This document shows positions 1 through 8,112 of a stretch of DNA of 38,614 nt, in pieces. This DNA is from Candidatus Bathyarchaeia archaeon (GTDB taxonomy: Archaea; Thermoproteota; Bathyarchaeia; TCS64), in assembly GCA_036396185.1 (NCBI GenBank), contig DASWLJ010000138.1, forward strand, positions 1 to 38,614, given 5' to 3'. The first letter of the stretch is position 1. Each line of letters opens with the position of its first letter. The notes below the pieces were generated by a model. That model worked only from the letters and a program-made list of their open reading frames with translations. It was not told the origin of the DNA and did not search any database. A program made the translations under genes and the position numbers.

Positions 1-123
1 GTAAAAAATGTGGTTTAAGGGCCCAGCGCGCGCTCACAGCCTGAAGAGTAGCTAACTCAACCAATCAAAGTTCACCTGAAGAAGGTTAGTTTGAGATGAG
101 GATAAGGTTACGGTGAGCCTGGC

Positions 124-1437
124 TTAGGGGAGTTTCCTCCCAGCCTTCTTAAAGTACTCCTCAATCTCCTTCTTCTGCTTCTCAGGTATCGTTCTCTCAA
201 AGGGCCAGGCAGCGGCCTCCGCCACGTAGCGCCTAAGGAACTCCTCGGCGAAGGCTCCGTGTGTCCTCAGCGCCTCGGGGCTCAGCCACTTCTCCTCATC
301 CTCCCTGCTATGCATCAACAGGTTCGTAGGCGTATCCCTGCTGAGGGACACACTTGGGACCCCGACGGCGGAGAGGGGCGTCCCGTCCGATGAGTAGACG
401 GCCTCGGAGACGCTGAAGACCACCCCCTTCTCCTTGGACAGCAGCTTCACAGCCGCGGTCAGCTCGGGTGGGCCAAGAACCTTGGCGCTGTTTGTGCCTA
501 TCAGACCCCCATGGACATCCAGGTTAAGGCAGAGAACCGTGTTATCGAGCTCCGTGGCAGCCTCCTCGTCCGCCTTCTTAGCCGCCTCGCTCGCCTCCCT
601 GAGCCTCTTCGCGTACTCCCTGCTCCCAAGCAGACCGAGTTCCTCGCAGCCCCAGGCCACGAAGCGCATCGTCCTCTTCGATCCCCTCTCCTTGAAGACC
701 CGTGCAAGCTCCAGCATGATCGCGGTGCCGCCGGCGTTGTCCCCGGCGCCAGGGACCTCCAGGACGGTGTCATAGTGGCCGCCCACCACTGTGATCTCCT
801 CGGGGCGCAGCGTCCCCCTGACCTCCGCGACCACGTTCTGGGTCCTGACTGTCTTCTCCTCGGTCACCGCTGTGAGACGCATGCTCTTAACCCCGGACTT
901 GACGAGCTTCACCCCATCCTCGAAAGTGACCCTGACCATGGGTATGTCAACGTACTTCTTCCTGAACGTCGGGCTCCCCCAGAGGTTCTTAGCCATCGCC
1001 CCCGGCGTGGACTCGATCATTATCATCCCCGCGGGCCTGTACTTCTTCAGCTGGGCGAAGGCGCGGTCCCTGTTGGCGGGGGCCCCTGAGGTGATGATGA
1101 ACTTCCCCTCCACATCCCCTGTGATGTACTCCTCATCATACGAGTCGAGGTGGAGGACGCTCCCCGTCACGCCATTCGCGCCTGTGCTACCCGAGAGCGG
1201 CATCACCTCGCACGGTATCTCCGCCTTGTACGGCTTCAGCACCTCAAGCCTTTTCGCTTTGACGCTCCCCGTGAACGCGTCGAACTCCTCGATTCTGGCG
1301 TCGAGCCCCAGCCTCTCAAGCTCCGATAATATCCACTCTGCGGATCTCCTCTCCGCGTCTGTTCCGCTGGGCCTCGACCCGATGTCGACGGCAAGCTTCT
1401 TCATATACTCGAATGCTTTCTCACCGCTGAAACTCAT
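124..1437 (-). CDS. M28-family zinc aminopeptidase with PA (protease-associated) insert
   Basis: 437-aa ORF with C/G-ending codon bias. The translation carries M28 metal-ligand motifs (GGHYDTV, GAGDNAGG, WGCEELGLLGS, NLDVHGG) and a PA-like insert (GSVLHLDS...GKFIITSG). Antisense and alternative-frame ORFs 434-775, 501-773, 511-1089 and 791-1456 are low-complexity shadows. Confidence 0.85.
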   Translation of the reverse strand: MSFSGEKAFEYMKKLAVDIGSRPSGTDAERRSAEWILSELERLGLDARIEEFDAFTGSVKAKRLEVLKPYKAEIPCEVMPLSGSTGANGVTGSVLHLDSYDEEYITGDVEGKFIITSGAPANRDRAFAQLKKYRPAGMIMIESTPGAMAKNLWGSPTFRKKYVDIPMVRVTFEDGVKLVKSGVKSMRLTAVTEEKTVRTQNVVAEVRGTLRPEEITVVGGHYDTVLEVPGAGDNAGGTAIMLELARVFKERGSKRTMRFVAWGCEELGLLGSREYAKRLREASEAAKKADEEAATELDNTVLCLNLDVHGGLIGTNSAKVLGPPELTAAVKLLSKEKGVVFSVSEAVYSSDGTPLSAVGVPSVSLSRDTPTNLLMHSREDEEKWLSPEALRTHGAFAEEFLRRYVAEAAAWPFERTIPEKQKKEIEEYFKKAGRKLP

Positions 1438-1539
1438 AATAGGTTCCTCAACCTAGAAGGGGGCATTCATTAAAAAGAATATTCCTCGCGCCGGCTTATC
1501 TCGAAATTCATTGCTAGAGCGCGCGAGTTTTTTTTTCAA

Positions 1540-1814
1540 TCATTCTAATAATAAAAAAACTCGAAAATTAATGCACCTGACCTTCGCCAGGGCCTCCTCC
1601 GAGTAGTCCCGCACGTATCTGACGAAGAGGTTGCCGCCGGCCTTACCCCCATCTTCTCGTTGACAAGAACCACATTGTGCTTCTTTCTTATCCTAGTCTC
1701 CTGTAAGTGGGTGAGGGCCGGCCCATCAGTCCGTTCTATCAATATGTAGTCGTTGTAGACGCCGGCCCTCTGAGCGGATCCCTGGTAGTTTCCCTCTTTT
1801 TTTCGATTTATCAT
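1540..1814 (-). pseudogene. Small ORF broken by a frameshift at a homopolymer (C5 on + strand, 1646-1650); function unknown
   Basis: Track ORF 1545-1814 reads MINRKKEG...HNVVLVNEKMG and then becomes Arg/Ser/Thr-rich nonsense. Shifting one frame at the G5 run gives protein-like ...GGKAGGNLFVRYVRDYSEEALAKVRCINFRVFLLLE*, ending at 1540. It could equally be a sequencing error. Confidence 0.25.
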
Positions 1815-1916
1815 TTTAAACCGAAACTATTTAAGCTCAGGGTCAAACCTGACACCCGGCCAAAACACGTGAACGAGTGAAAAAACGCCGAAAATAGAGG
1901 AGTTCTGTAGGAGAAC

Positions 1917-2231
1917 ATGAGCGAATTTGTACCCTGGATCGAGCAGAGAAACGCCGAGAACTGGGTGCTAATGAACTCAAACTTAATAAAGGCTCTAAGG
2001 GAAGCCTCAAGAACGGTAACAGAGACCTTCAACCTCTTGAAGAACCAGGGATACACAACTGAGTCGAGCATACGTAAGTCTCTAAAGACCGGAGAGAAGC
2101 AAGGAATCATATACAGAACAGCAAACCATCCGGGGCATTATGCACAATTTAATTTAACCGATTTCGGCATAGAACTGTACAACACAGTGGTTCAAGGAGG
2201 ACTAACTTCCAGACCTGGGGTTACTCCATGA
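1917..2231 (+). CDS. Small hypothetical protein, possible winged-helix DNA-binding fold
   Basis: 104-aa ORF with an ATG start and an A/T box (aaaata, 1891-1896) about 21-26 nt upstream. The segment TVTETFNLLKNQGYTTESSIRKSLKTGEKQGIIYR looks like helix-turn-helix plus wing. No family recognised. Confidence 0.45.
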   Translation: MSEFVPWIEQRNAENWVLMNSNLIKALREASRTVTETFNLLKNQGYTTESSIRKSLKTGEKQGIIYRTANHPGHYAQFNLTDFGIELYNTVVQGGLTSRPGVTP

Positions 2232-2621
2232 AACACGCTACACACCTCCTAAATGGTGGAATTAATAGAATTTTAAGAGGAAGACGAAGAGTAACCTTGA
2301 CCTCATCTAAATGTCTTTGAGAGCCTTCCTTGTCTCCTCGGGGAAGTCCCGGAGCAGGTTCCTGATGTCCACCCCGCCGAAGACCCGCGGAAAAGCAGCG
2401 GACACAGGCCGACGGCAGTCGCCGCCTAAAGACCCGGAGAAAAGCCTCCAAACCGTGAAACAAGCCCGAAAACGGGGAACCGTGACGGCGACGACTACAC
2501 CCCTCCCCTCCACCCGTGCACGCGCAGACAAATACACACACACAAACGCCCCATACCTCCCGCAAAAACCAGGCAATGGGATCTTCACAATTCAGCCTAA
2601 AAAAGAGAAAGAGTGAAAAAA

Positions 2622-2906
2622 CTAGTCCTTCGCCAACAGTATCGCTATGTTGCTTACGTTCCTGGGGCTACCGTCCTCACTCTCCAACTGCTCAGTCCCT
2701 ATGCTGATGTCCTTCACATGAAGATCCGAGACGAACTGGTTCCTGACCACCTCAGCCACGTCCACCGCCTTGCTGATGGCGCGGCCCCTGGCCATGAGGG
2801 TGACCTCGCTTCCCTCGCTCTTCAGGGACGTCATCACCGCTAAGCAGTAGGCCATAACGGGTTTTCTGCCGATATAGACAACGTTACTCTGCTCCACTTG
2901 TATCAC
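2622..2906 (-). CDS. albA: Alba (Sso10b) DNA/RNA-binding chromatin protein
   Basis: 94 aa with a near-canonical Alba sequence (NVVYIGRKPVMAYCLAVMT...VTLMARGRAISKAVDVAEVVRNQF...IGTEQL). GTG start at 2906. Confidence 0.95.
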   Translation of the reverse strand: MIQVEQSNVVYIGRKPVMAYCLAVMTSLKSEGSEVTLMARGRAISKAVDVAEVVRNQFVSDLHVKDISIGTEQLESEDGSPRNVSNIAILLAKD

Positions 2907-3065
2907 CGTGTGTTACCGTGTGTTCGGTACCCCAAACTCTGTCAAAACCAGTATTAATCTTTTAGGAGTTGTTTCACACATGAATATGCATGCTCTCAGC
3001 GTACCGTTGATATTTACACGAATAAACATCCATATTCACTATAAGAACGCATCAAAAGAATTCCT

Positions 3066-6017
3066 TTGAATTGTAGGTTGAAGCGAGGAGAATCAGAGAA
3101 CAAAAAACTTCTACTGACCGCACTCATGGCACTAACAGTATTAAGTCACGCAACTTTATGGCCGTTTAACATTCTGGGCACTAGAGCGGTACTACATGAA
3201 CCTGCACTCAACAGCTCCATCGGCAACGTAGGCGACACAGTTCTCGTCCAAGGCGGCCCAGGCGAAGTAGGAGGCGGCCTACCCGTCTACCTATACTGGG
3301 ATAATGTCCAGCAGTGGAACGGCTACGAGGGACTGCTCAACGCAACTAGATCAGATCCAGACGGAACATACGCCATGAGCTTCACCGTACCGGAAGTCTG
3401 CGCAGGAAAACACACACTCTGGGTTAAAAATAGCTACTCAGGGGAAACCACTTCCGCATCCTTCCATGTGGCGCCCTCAGTCTCACTGGAGAAAATATAC
3501 ATCACCCAAGAAGACAGCGTCAGTTTCTCTGGAACAGGTTTCGGTTCACGAAACAAGGTTACATTCATCGTGACTGATGTCAATCTGGGTGGAGTACCAG
3601 GATGGCCTACCACATCGGATGTCAAGCAAATAGGTGAAGGCAACGGAGTAAAAACAGAGTGGACCTCTGTCCTATCTAACCACCCAGTCAAGCCAGGGTC
3701 AATATCGGTAGACGTAGACGGATCCTCGATCCTTGACCAAGGGTATGGCACACTTAAAGGTGAAGCTGGGCAGGGTACAATCGATTATGTGTCAGGTGAA
3801 GTGAGAATAGTCCTCCATGAGCCGCCTGCAAGCGGGCTCTCCGTCTCCCTAAGCTACGAGTACTTTGAGGAAAGCGCCGAACTTACTCTTCTCTCCGAGC
3901 TGATCACATCAACCGAAAAAGGAAAAATCGTTGGAGCAGCGTCTTTCCCAGATCTACCTTACGGAAACTACACTTTCACCGCCATAGACTCTGAAAACAA
4001 CACCGCCTCCAACCTGATCCACATCTCACCTAAGCTAATCCTTAGCAAGACTAGAGTAGACGTCGGCGACATACTCCATGTAAAAGGCCAGGGCTTCACA
4101 CTCGAAAGTAAAATCCTTCAAGGCCACGTCATGGTTTACAGTAACATCTGGAACGGTTCAAGCTGCTCCATCTATAACTATCCAACTGGAGGTGTACCTG
4201 TGGACACAGAAAACGAATTCTCTCTCTACCTGATAGTTCCTCAAGTGCCTCAACCAGGTGGCCAATACTTACTCAGTGTTAAAGACTCCGCAGGGCTAGT
4301 GAGTCAAGGCAGTTTACTGATCGAAAAGACAGCTTACATCGAAGTAAAGGTTGATTCCAGTAGCGATAAACCTAAAATCACTGTCTTTGGTAAGAACTAC
4401 CCTAACATCCAAGGAAGGCAGGTGTCTCTCGCACTTAAGAGCGTTGAAGAAGATCAGAAAATCAACATAGGTTATGCCACCACAGACTATAATGGATACT
4501 TTCAACAATCCTTCACATATAGTAACTCCGCATACTTCCAGTACGAACTTGTAGCCCAAGCCGACAACATTCGATGTTGTTACATGATACAGATTTCCCA
4601 TCTAAACGTCGAGCTTTCACAAGCCTACGGTGCACCCGGAGACACTATCAAGATAACCGGAACAGGGTTCACAGCAGGGGGGTCTTGGTCAGCAACCTTG
4701 AACAGCGTCATCGTCGTGGATCAGGAAGACGGTGTAGTTAATAATCGAGGGCAATTGAAGATCAACTCACGGACCCCCCAGTTCTCAATACCTCAGATAT
4801 CCCAAGGCAACTATACACTCATCATCCAAGACACAGTAACAGGGTGGAAACAGCTACTTGATTTCACAGTGCTCGACGATACGCCAAACTGGAAGACGGA
4901 GCTCCCTCAACCTGTATTCACTTCCCCCAGTGTTCTCAATGAGGAGCAAACAATCGAACTAAATGGATCAGCTTCGATTGATCCCGATGGGGTGATTTTA
5001 TCTTACCACTGGGACTTCGGGGATGGCTCAACATCACAGCAGATACGTCCTATCCACGTCTATCATCAAGACGGTGTCTACTCGATAACACTGTCCGTAA
5101 GAGACAATAATGGCGCAACCGCTCAAACCACAAAGGAAATACAAGTAAATGACATAGACCCCGCGCCCGACTTCAAATCATCAAAAACCAGTGGCTGCTG
5201 TCCTCTAACAATCAGGTTCACCGACGAAACCATACACCATGATAACATAACTCTCTGGAGCTGGAGCTTCGGTGATGGCGGAACCAGTACAGAGCAAAAC
5301 CCATACCATACGTATTCGAGACCCGGTGTTTATACGGTTACGCTCAAGGTTGTTGAGGACGATGGAGATGAATCAACCATAACCAAGACCAACTACATCA
5401 ATGTTTATGGCGACGATAACCAACCTCCAACAAACCATAAAGCCGTTGCTTGGGCAATAGGCAACACCATTACAGTATACGCAGTGATCAGTGACAACTC
5501 CAATATAGCGTCAGCAAAATTACTTGTACCGGGTTACCCAGACGTCACATTGGAGGAACATCCAACTAAGATGGGTCTATACTCGGCGTCCTTCACGGTA
5601 GCAGAAAAGATCAAGGAAGTATGGCTTTATGTAAAGGACTACAATGGAAACCAGGCTGAGGCCAACGTCCAAGTAGACGGCGAAGAGCCTGTAGGAACTA
5701 CATCACTAAGTTTATCGGTAGGCTGGAGCACTGTGAGCATCTCTGGCAAAGGCTCAGCGTCACTCATTGAACTTAGAAAACAATTGGAAAACTTCAGACA
5801 AATATATACAGTCTACTCAGAAGTGTTCCCTGAGCAAAAAACTGTGGTTCCTAAAATAACGGCAGTCTGGACGTATGATGAGTACCGTGGCTATCTCTGC
5901 TGGGACCCTGAAACCGGGCAAGGTGAATTCGATCAACTGGTCGGAGGAAAACAGTACCTGTTTCACCTTGAAGGTGAACCATCCACGGTACTAAATGTCA
6001 TTCTAGTCTATAGGTAG
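3066..6017 (+). CDS. Large secreted multi-Ig-domain surface protein (IPT/TIG-like modules plus two PKD domains)
   Basis: 983-aa ORF with a TTG start. N-terminal hydrophobic signal (KKLLLTALMALTVLSHA). Repeated Ig-like modules with GDxhxhxGxGF signatures (SVSFSGTGFGS, GDILHVKGQGFT, GDTIKITGTGFTAGG). Two PKD signatures (YHWDFGDGSTS...GVYSITLSVRDNNG; WSWSFGDGGTS...GVYTVTLKVVEDDG). No C-terminal TM anchor. Confidence 0.85.
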   Translation: MNCRLKRGESENKKLLLTALMALTVLSHATLWPFNILGTRAVLHEPALNSSIGNVGDTVLVQGGPGEVGGGLPVYLYWDNVQQWNGYEGLLNATRSDPDGTYAMSFTVPEVCAGKHTLWVKNSYSGETTSASFHVAPSVSLEKIYITQEDSVSFSGTGFGSRNKVTFIVTDVNLGGVPGWPTTSDVKQIGEGNGVKTEWTSVLSNHPVKPGSISVDVDGSSILDQGYGTLKGEAGQGTIDYVSGEVRIVLHEPPASGLSVSLSYEYFEESAELTLLSELITSTEKGKIVGAASFPDLPYGNYTFTAIDSENNTASNLIHISPKLILSKTRVDVGDILHVKGQGFTLESKILQGHVMVYSNIWNGSSCSIYNYPTGGVPVDTENEFSLYLIVPQVPQPGGQYLLSVKDSAGLVSQGSLLIEKTAYIEVKVDSSSDKPKITVFGKNYPNIQGRQVSLALKSVEEDQKINIGYATTDYNGYFQQSFTYSNSAYFQYELVAQADNIRCCYMIQISHLNVELSQAYGAPGDTIKITGTGFTAGGSWSATLNSVIVVDQEDGVVNNRGQLKINSRTPQFSIPQISQGNYTLIIQDTVTGWKQLLDFTVLDDTPNWKTELPQPVFTSPSVLNEEQTIELNGSASIDPDGVILSYHWDFGDGSTSQQIRPIHVYHQDGVYSITLSVRDNNGATAQTTKEIQVNDIDPAPDFKSSKTSGCCPLTIRFTDETIHHDNITLWSWSFGDGGTSTEQNPYHTYSRPGVYTVTLKVVEDDGDESTITKTNYINVYGDDNQPPTNHKAVAWAIGNTITVYAVISDNSNIASAKLLVPGYPDVTLEEHPTKMGLYSASFTVAEKIKEVWLYVKDYNGNQAEANVQVDGEEPVGTTSLSLSVGWSTVSISGKGSASLIELRKQLENFRQIYTVYSEVFPEQKTVVPKITAVWTYDEYRGYLCWDPETGQGEFDQLVGGKQYLFHLEGEPSTVLNVILVYR

Positions 6018-6072
6018 CCTCACCATACATAACGATATACTGTTAACTAGCCGTCATTAACGTGGAATAAAC

Positions 6073-7461
6073 TTGAGACAGCGTAGATACAGTAATCAGA
6101 TGCTACTGTTTTCTATGTTGTTATTTACGTCCAATTTCGTTATTAGTGCCGGCGCCTTATCCCCTCTTCCACACGCCATCAGTGGCCGGATACTTTCTCC
6201 GGAAGGAACCATACCTGATTACCTATTACTGGATGCTAGAATAAATGGGACAATTTATGCGTCCACCTACGTCAAAGACGGCGAGTTCGGTGTAAACCCC
6301 TCTTTCAAAGTTCCTTCAGACGATCCAACCACAGAAACCGTTGAGGGAGGACGGCTAGGTGACCTAATCCTGCTCTTTCTTGATGGAGAGAGAGTCGGTG
6401 AACTCGTATTCGAGCCGGGCCGGATAAACAGGCTCATACTTGAAACAGACAAGATCATGGAACAGAAGCCCAGAGTACTCTCGGGAGGACCCTACTATGG
6501 AGTCGCCGGCTACACAGTGAAACTCGATAGTGCAGTAGTGTTCAACCCCGAAGATAACGAGCCTACCTACAGCTGGGACCTGGGAGATGGGTCAACTTCA
6601 AGTCAACTCGAGCCCTCACACAAATATGCACATCCTGGTGACTACATAGTTAATTTTAAACTGGAGGACTCTTCAGGGGTGGTTGACTCAGTTAAAACCA
6701 TTGTCCATGTAGCTACCCTCCCTGACCCAATTTATGGGCGTATTCACCCTGTCCCCATTATTGGTGAAAGCGAATCCATCGAAGACCAAGAAACAGGTCT
6801 CAGTTTCCATCTAAATAGCATCGGTGCTGCGAGTCTATCCTTACTGAGCTACATGGAGCCGTTTCTTCAAAAAGGCAAACCTCCTATTATCAATGGTGCG
6901 TATAGTTTAGGTTTCAGCAATTTGGATGAAATCGCGTGGCCAATATATGTGGAGCGGCGCATGGATGAGACTGTGCCAGGGGCCGGTTTCTATACTTGGA
7001 GTGAAGGCGTCTGGAAGAGAGTTTCATGCACTGGGATAGCCCCAAGTAAAGAAATTGTTTGGGCGTGGCTCACCAAGCAGGAATTAGAGGAAGGCTTATT
7101 ATTGCTGGGAGCCGACCCCGGCAATTATGTTGAGGTCGTATCGGTGGAAACAGTGGTTTTACCTGACAACGTTTACGAGTTTAAGGTAAACATGCTTAGT
7201 AGAGGCTATGAAGGTAACTACACCCTCAACATTGGTCTAGACGGTGAGATATTGGAGCGAAGAAGCACCACGTTTTCAAACGGTGAAACTCGTTCCGAGT
7301 CCTTTGAATATGGTCTAGAGACTGGAACTCATCTGTTGGATGTTAACGGCTTAGAGTATAGCGTCAAAGTTGATTCGCTGATTAAACCTTTCCAGACAAT
7401 TTTATTTAGCATAATACCCATGGCTTCCCTTGTCCTCTTCGTTATGAAGAAACTATTCTAG
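6073..7461 (+). CDS. Secreted PKD-domain protein with C-terminal transmembrane anchor
   Basis: 462 aa with a TTG start. Signal-like N-terminus (MLLFSMLLFTSNFVISAGA). One PKD signature (YSWDLGDGSTS...PGDYIVNFKLEDSSG). A CARDB-like beta module lies near the C-terminus, followed by a terminal hydrophobic helix and basic tail (ILFSIIPMASLVLFVMKKLF). Confidence 0.8.
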   Translation: MRQRRYSNQMLLFSMLLFTSNFVISAGALSPLPHAISGRILSPEGTIPDYLLLDARINGTIYASTYVKDGEFGVNPSFKVPSDDPTTETVEGGRLGDLILLFLDGERVGELVFEPGRINRLILETDKIMEQKPRVLSGGPYYGVAGYTVKLDSAVVFNPEDNEPTYSWDLGDGSTSSQLEPSHKYAHPGDYIVNFKLEDSSGVVDSVKTIVHVATLPDPIYGRIHPVPIIGESESIEDQETGLSFHLNSIGAASLSLLSYMEPFLQKGKPPIINGAYSLGFSNLDEIAWPIYVERRMDETVPGAGFYTWSEGVWKRVSCTGIAPSKEIVWAWLTKQELEEGLLLLGADPGNYVEVVSVETVVLPDNVYEFKVNMLSRGYEGNYTLNIGLDGEILERRSTTFSNGETRSESFEYGLETGTHLLDVNGLEYSVKVDSLIKPFQTILFSIIPMASLVLFVMKKLF

Positions 7462-7554
7462 GCGCGTGCGATTTTATGGCTCCTTTTATTGTTAAGTTCG
7501 TTAAAAAATAATAAGATTTAAACACGCCTCGGTTGTCATGATATCTGATTACCA

Positions 7555-8100
7555 ATGTCAATGGACGACAGTACGCTAGTTTTTACTATCGATGTTAAAA
7601 AACTCGTAGCTATATTTTTTCTAGCCTCAATTACTGTAGTTACCCTTTACACGTACACAACGGCTCTTTTAGCTTTCATTGCCCCCTATCCTGGAGATTA
7701 CCCCCTAGATGTAACGTCTTCAGGAAGCTATACAACAGACAATACAGCGGAGTCCAGCTTCACAAGAGGAGAAACTGTTAGGATAAAAGCTACCCTTGAA
7801 AAGGGAACCGATTACTGGACTTCGTATCCAGACTATACATCCTACACATCCTTTTCGGGGACTACCAGTTACCGTGTATTCATAACCATTCTAGATTTAA
7901 ACAATAAACCAGTGAAATTTTATACTTCAACCGGTGCACTGTCACCTGGAGAGAGTAAAAACTATCAGACCGATATGCCTACTACAAGTAGCTTTACATC
8001 CGGTACTTACACAGCACAGGTTCTGGCCTGGAGCACGGGGCTGCCTGACGGAGTGTCTGAGACACCGACCGTGACGGAGTTCACGTTCACGATATCATGA
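7555..8100 (+). CDS. Small N-terminally anchored/secreted Ser/Thr/Tyr-rich beta-sandwich-like protein
   Basis: 181 aa. N-terminal TM or signal-anchor (LVAIFFLASITVVTLYTYTTALLAFI), then a beta-rich region (FTRGETVRIKATLEKG...YRVFITILDLNNKPVKF...GTYTAQVLAWS). Ends 12 nt before the next gene. No family recognised. Confidence 0.65.
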   Translation: MSMDDSTLVFTIDVKKLVAIFFLASITVVTLYTYTTALLAFIAPYPGDYPLDVTSSGSYTTDNTAESSFTRGETVRIKATLEKGTDYWTSYPDYTSYTSFSGTTSYRVFITILDLNNKPVKFYTSTGALSPGESKNYQTDMPTTSSFTSGTYTAQVLAWSTGLPDGVSETPTVTEFTFTIS

Positions 8101-8112
8101 GGTTGATGAAAG

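Noticed and set aside
26-34. Alternating GCGCGCG motif seen in three intergenic spots (26-34, 1520-1527, 21224-21232) as a possible shared regulatory or Z-DNA element
   Set aside because: At this GC content, several occurrences of a 7-mer are expected by chance in 38.6 kb. The flanks are not similar.
434-1456. Track ORFs 434-775 (+), 501-773 (-), 511-1089 (+) and 791-1456 (+) inside or opposite the M28 peptidase gene
   Set aside because: Their translations are Ser/Pro/Arg/Leu-rich and low in complexity. This is typical of antisense or off-frame shadows of a GC3-rich gene, and the 124-1437 minus frame carries clear peptidase motifs.
2381-2449. Specific identification as SRP RNA (GGAA...AGCAGC resembles helix 8; GGAG resembles the helix 6 tetraloop) or RNase P RNA (GGGGAAGTCCCGG at 2339-2352 resembles the P4 5' strand)
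   Set aside because: When I tried to fold the motifs, the tetraloop-closing stems do not form, and I could not find the complementary P4 3' strand. The resemblance is too weak to name a family without a covariance-model search.
2221-2707. ORFs 2221-2565 (-), 2307-2588 (-), 2311-2616 (+) and 2516-2707 (+) as coding genes
   Set aside because: They are mutually overlapping and have Arg/Cys/Pro/Thr-biased, non-protein-like sequences. Only the last ~25 codons of 2307-2588 look protein-like. I treated the region as non-coding or a possible RNA.
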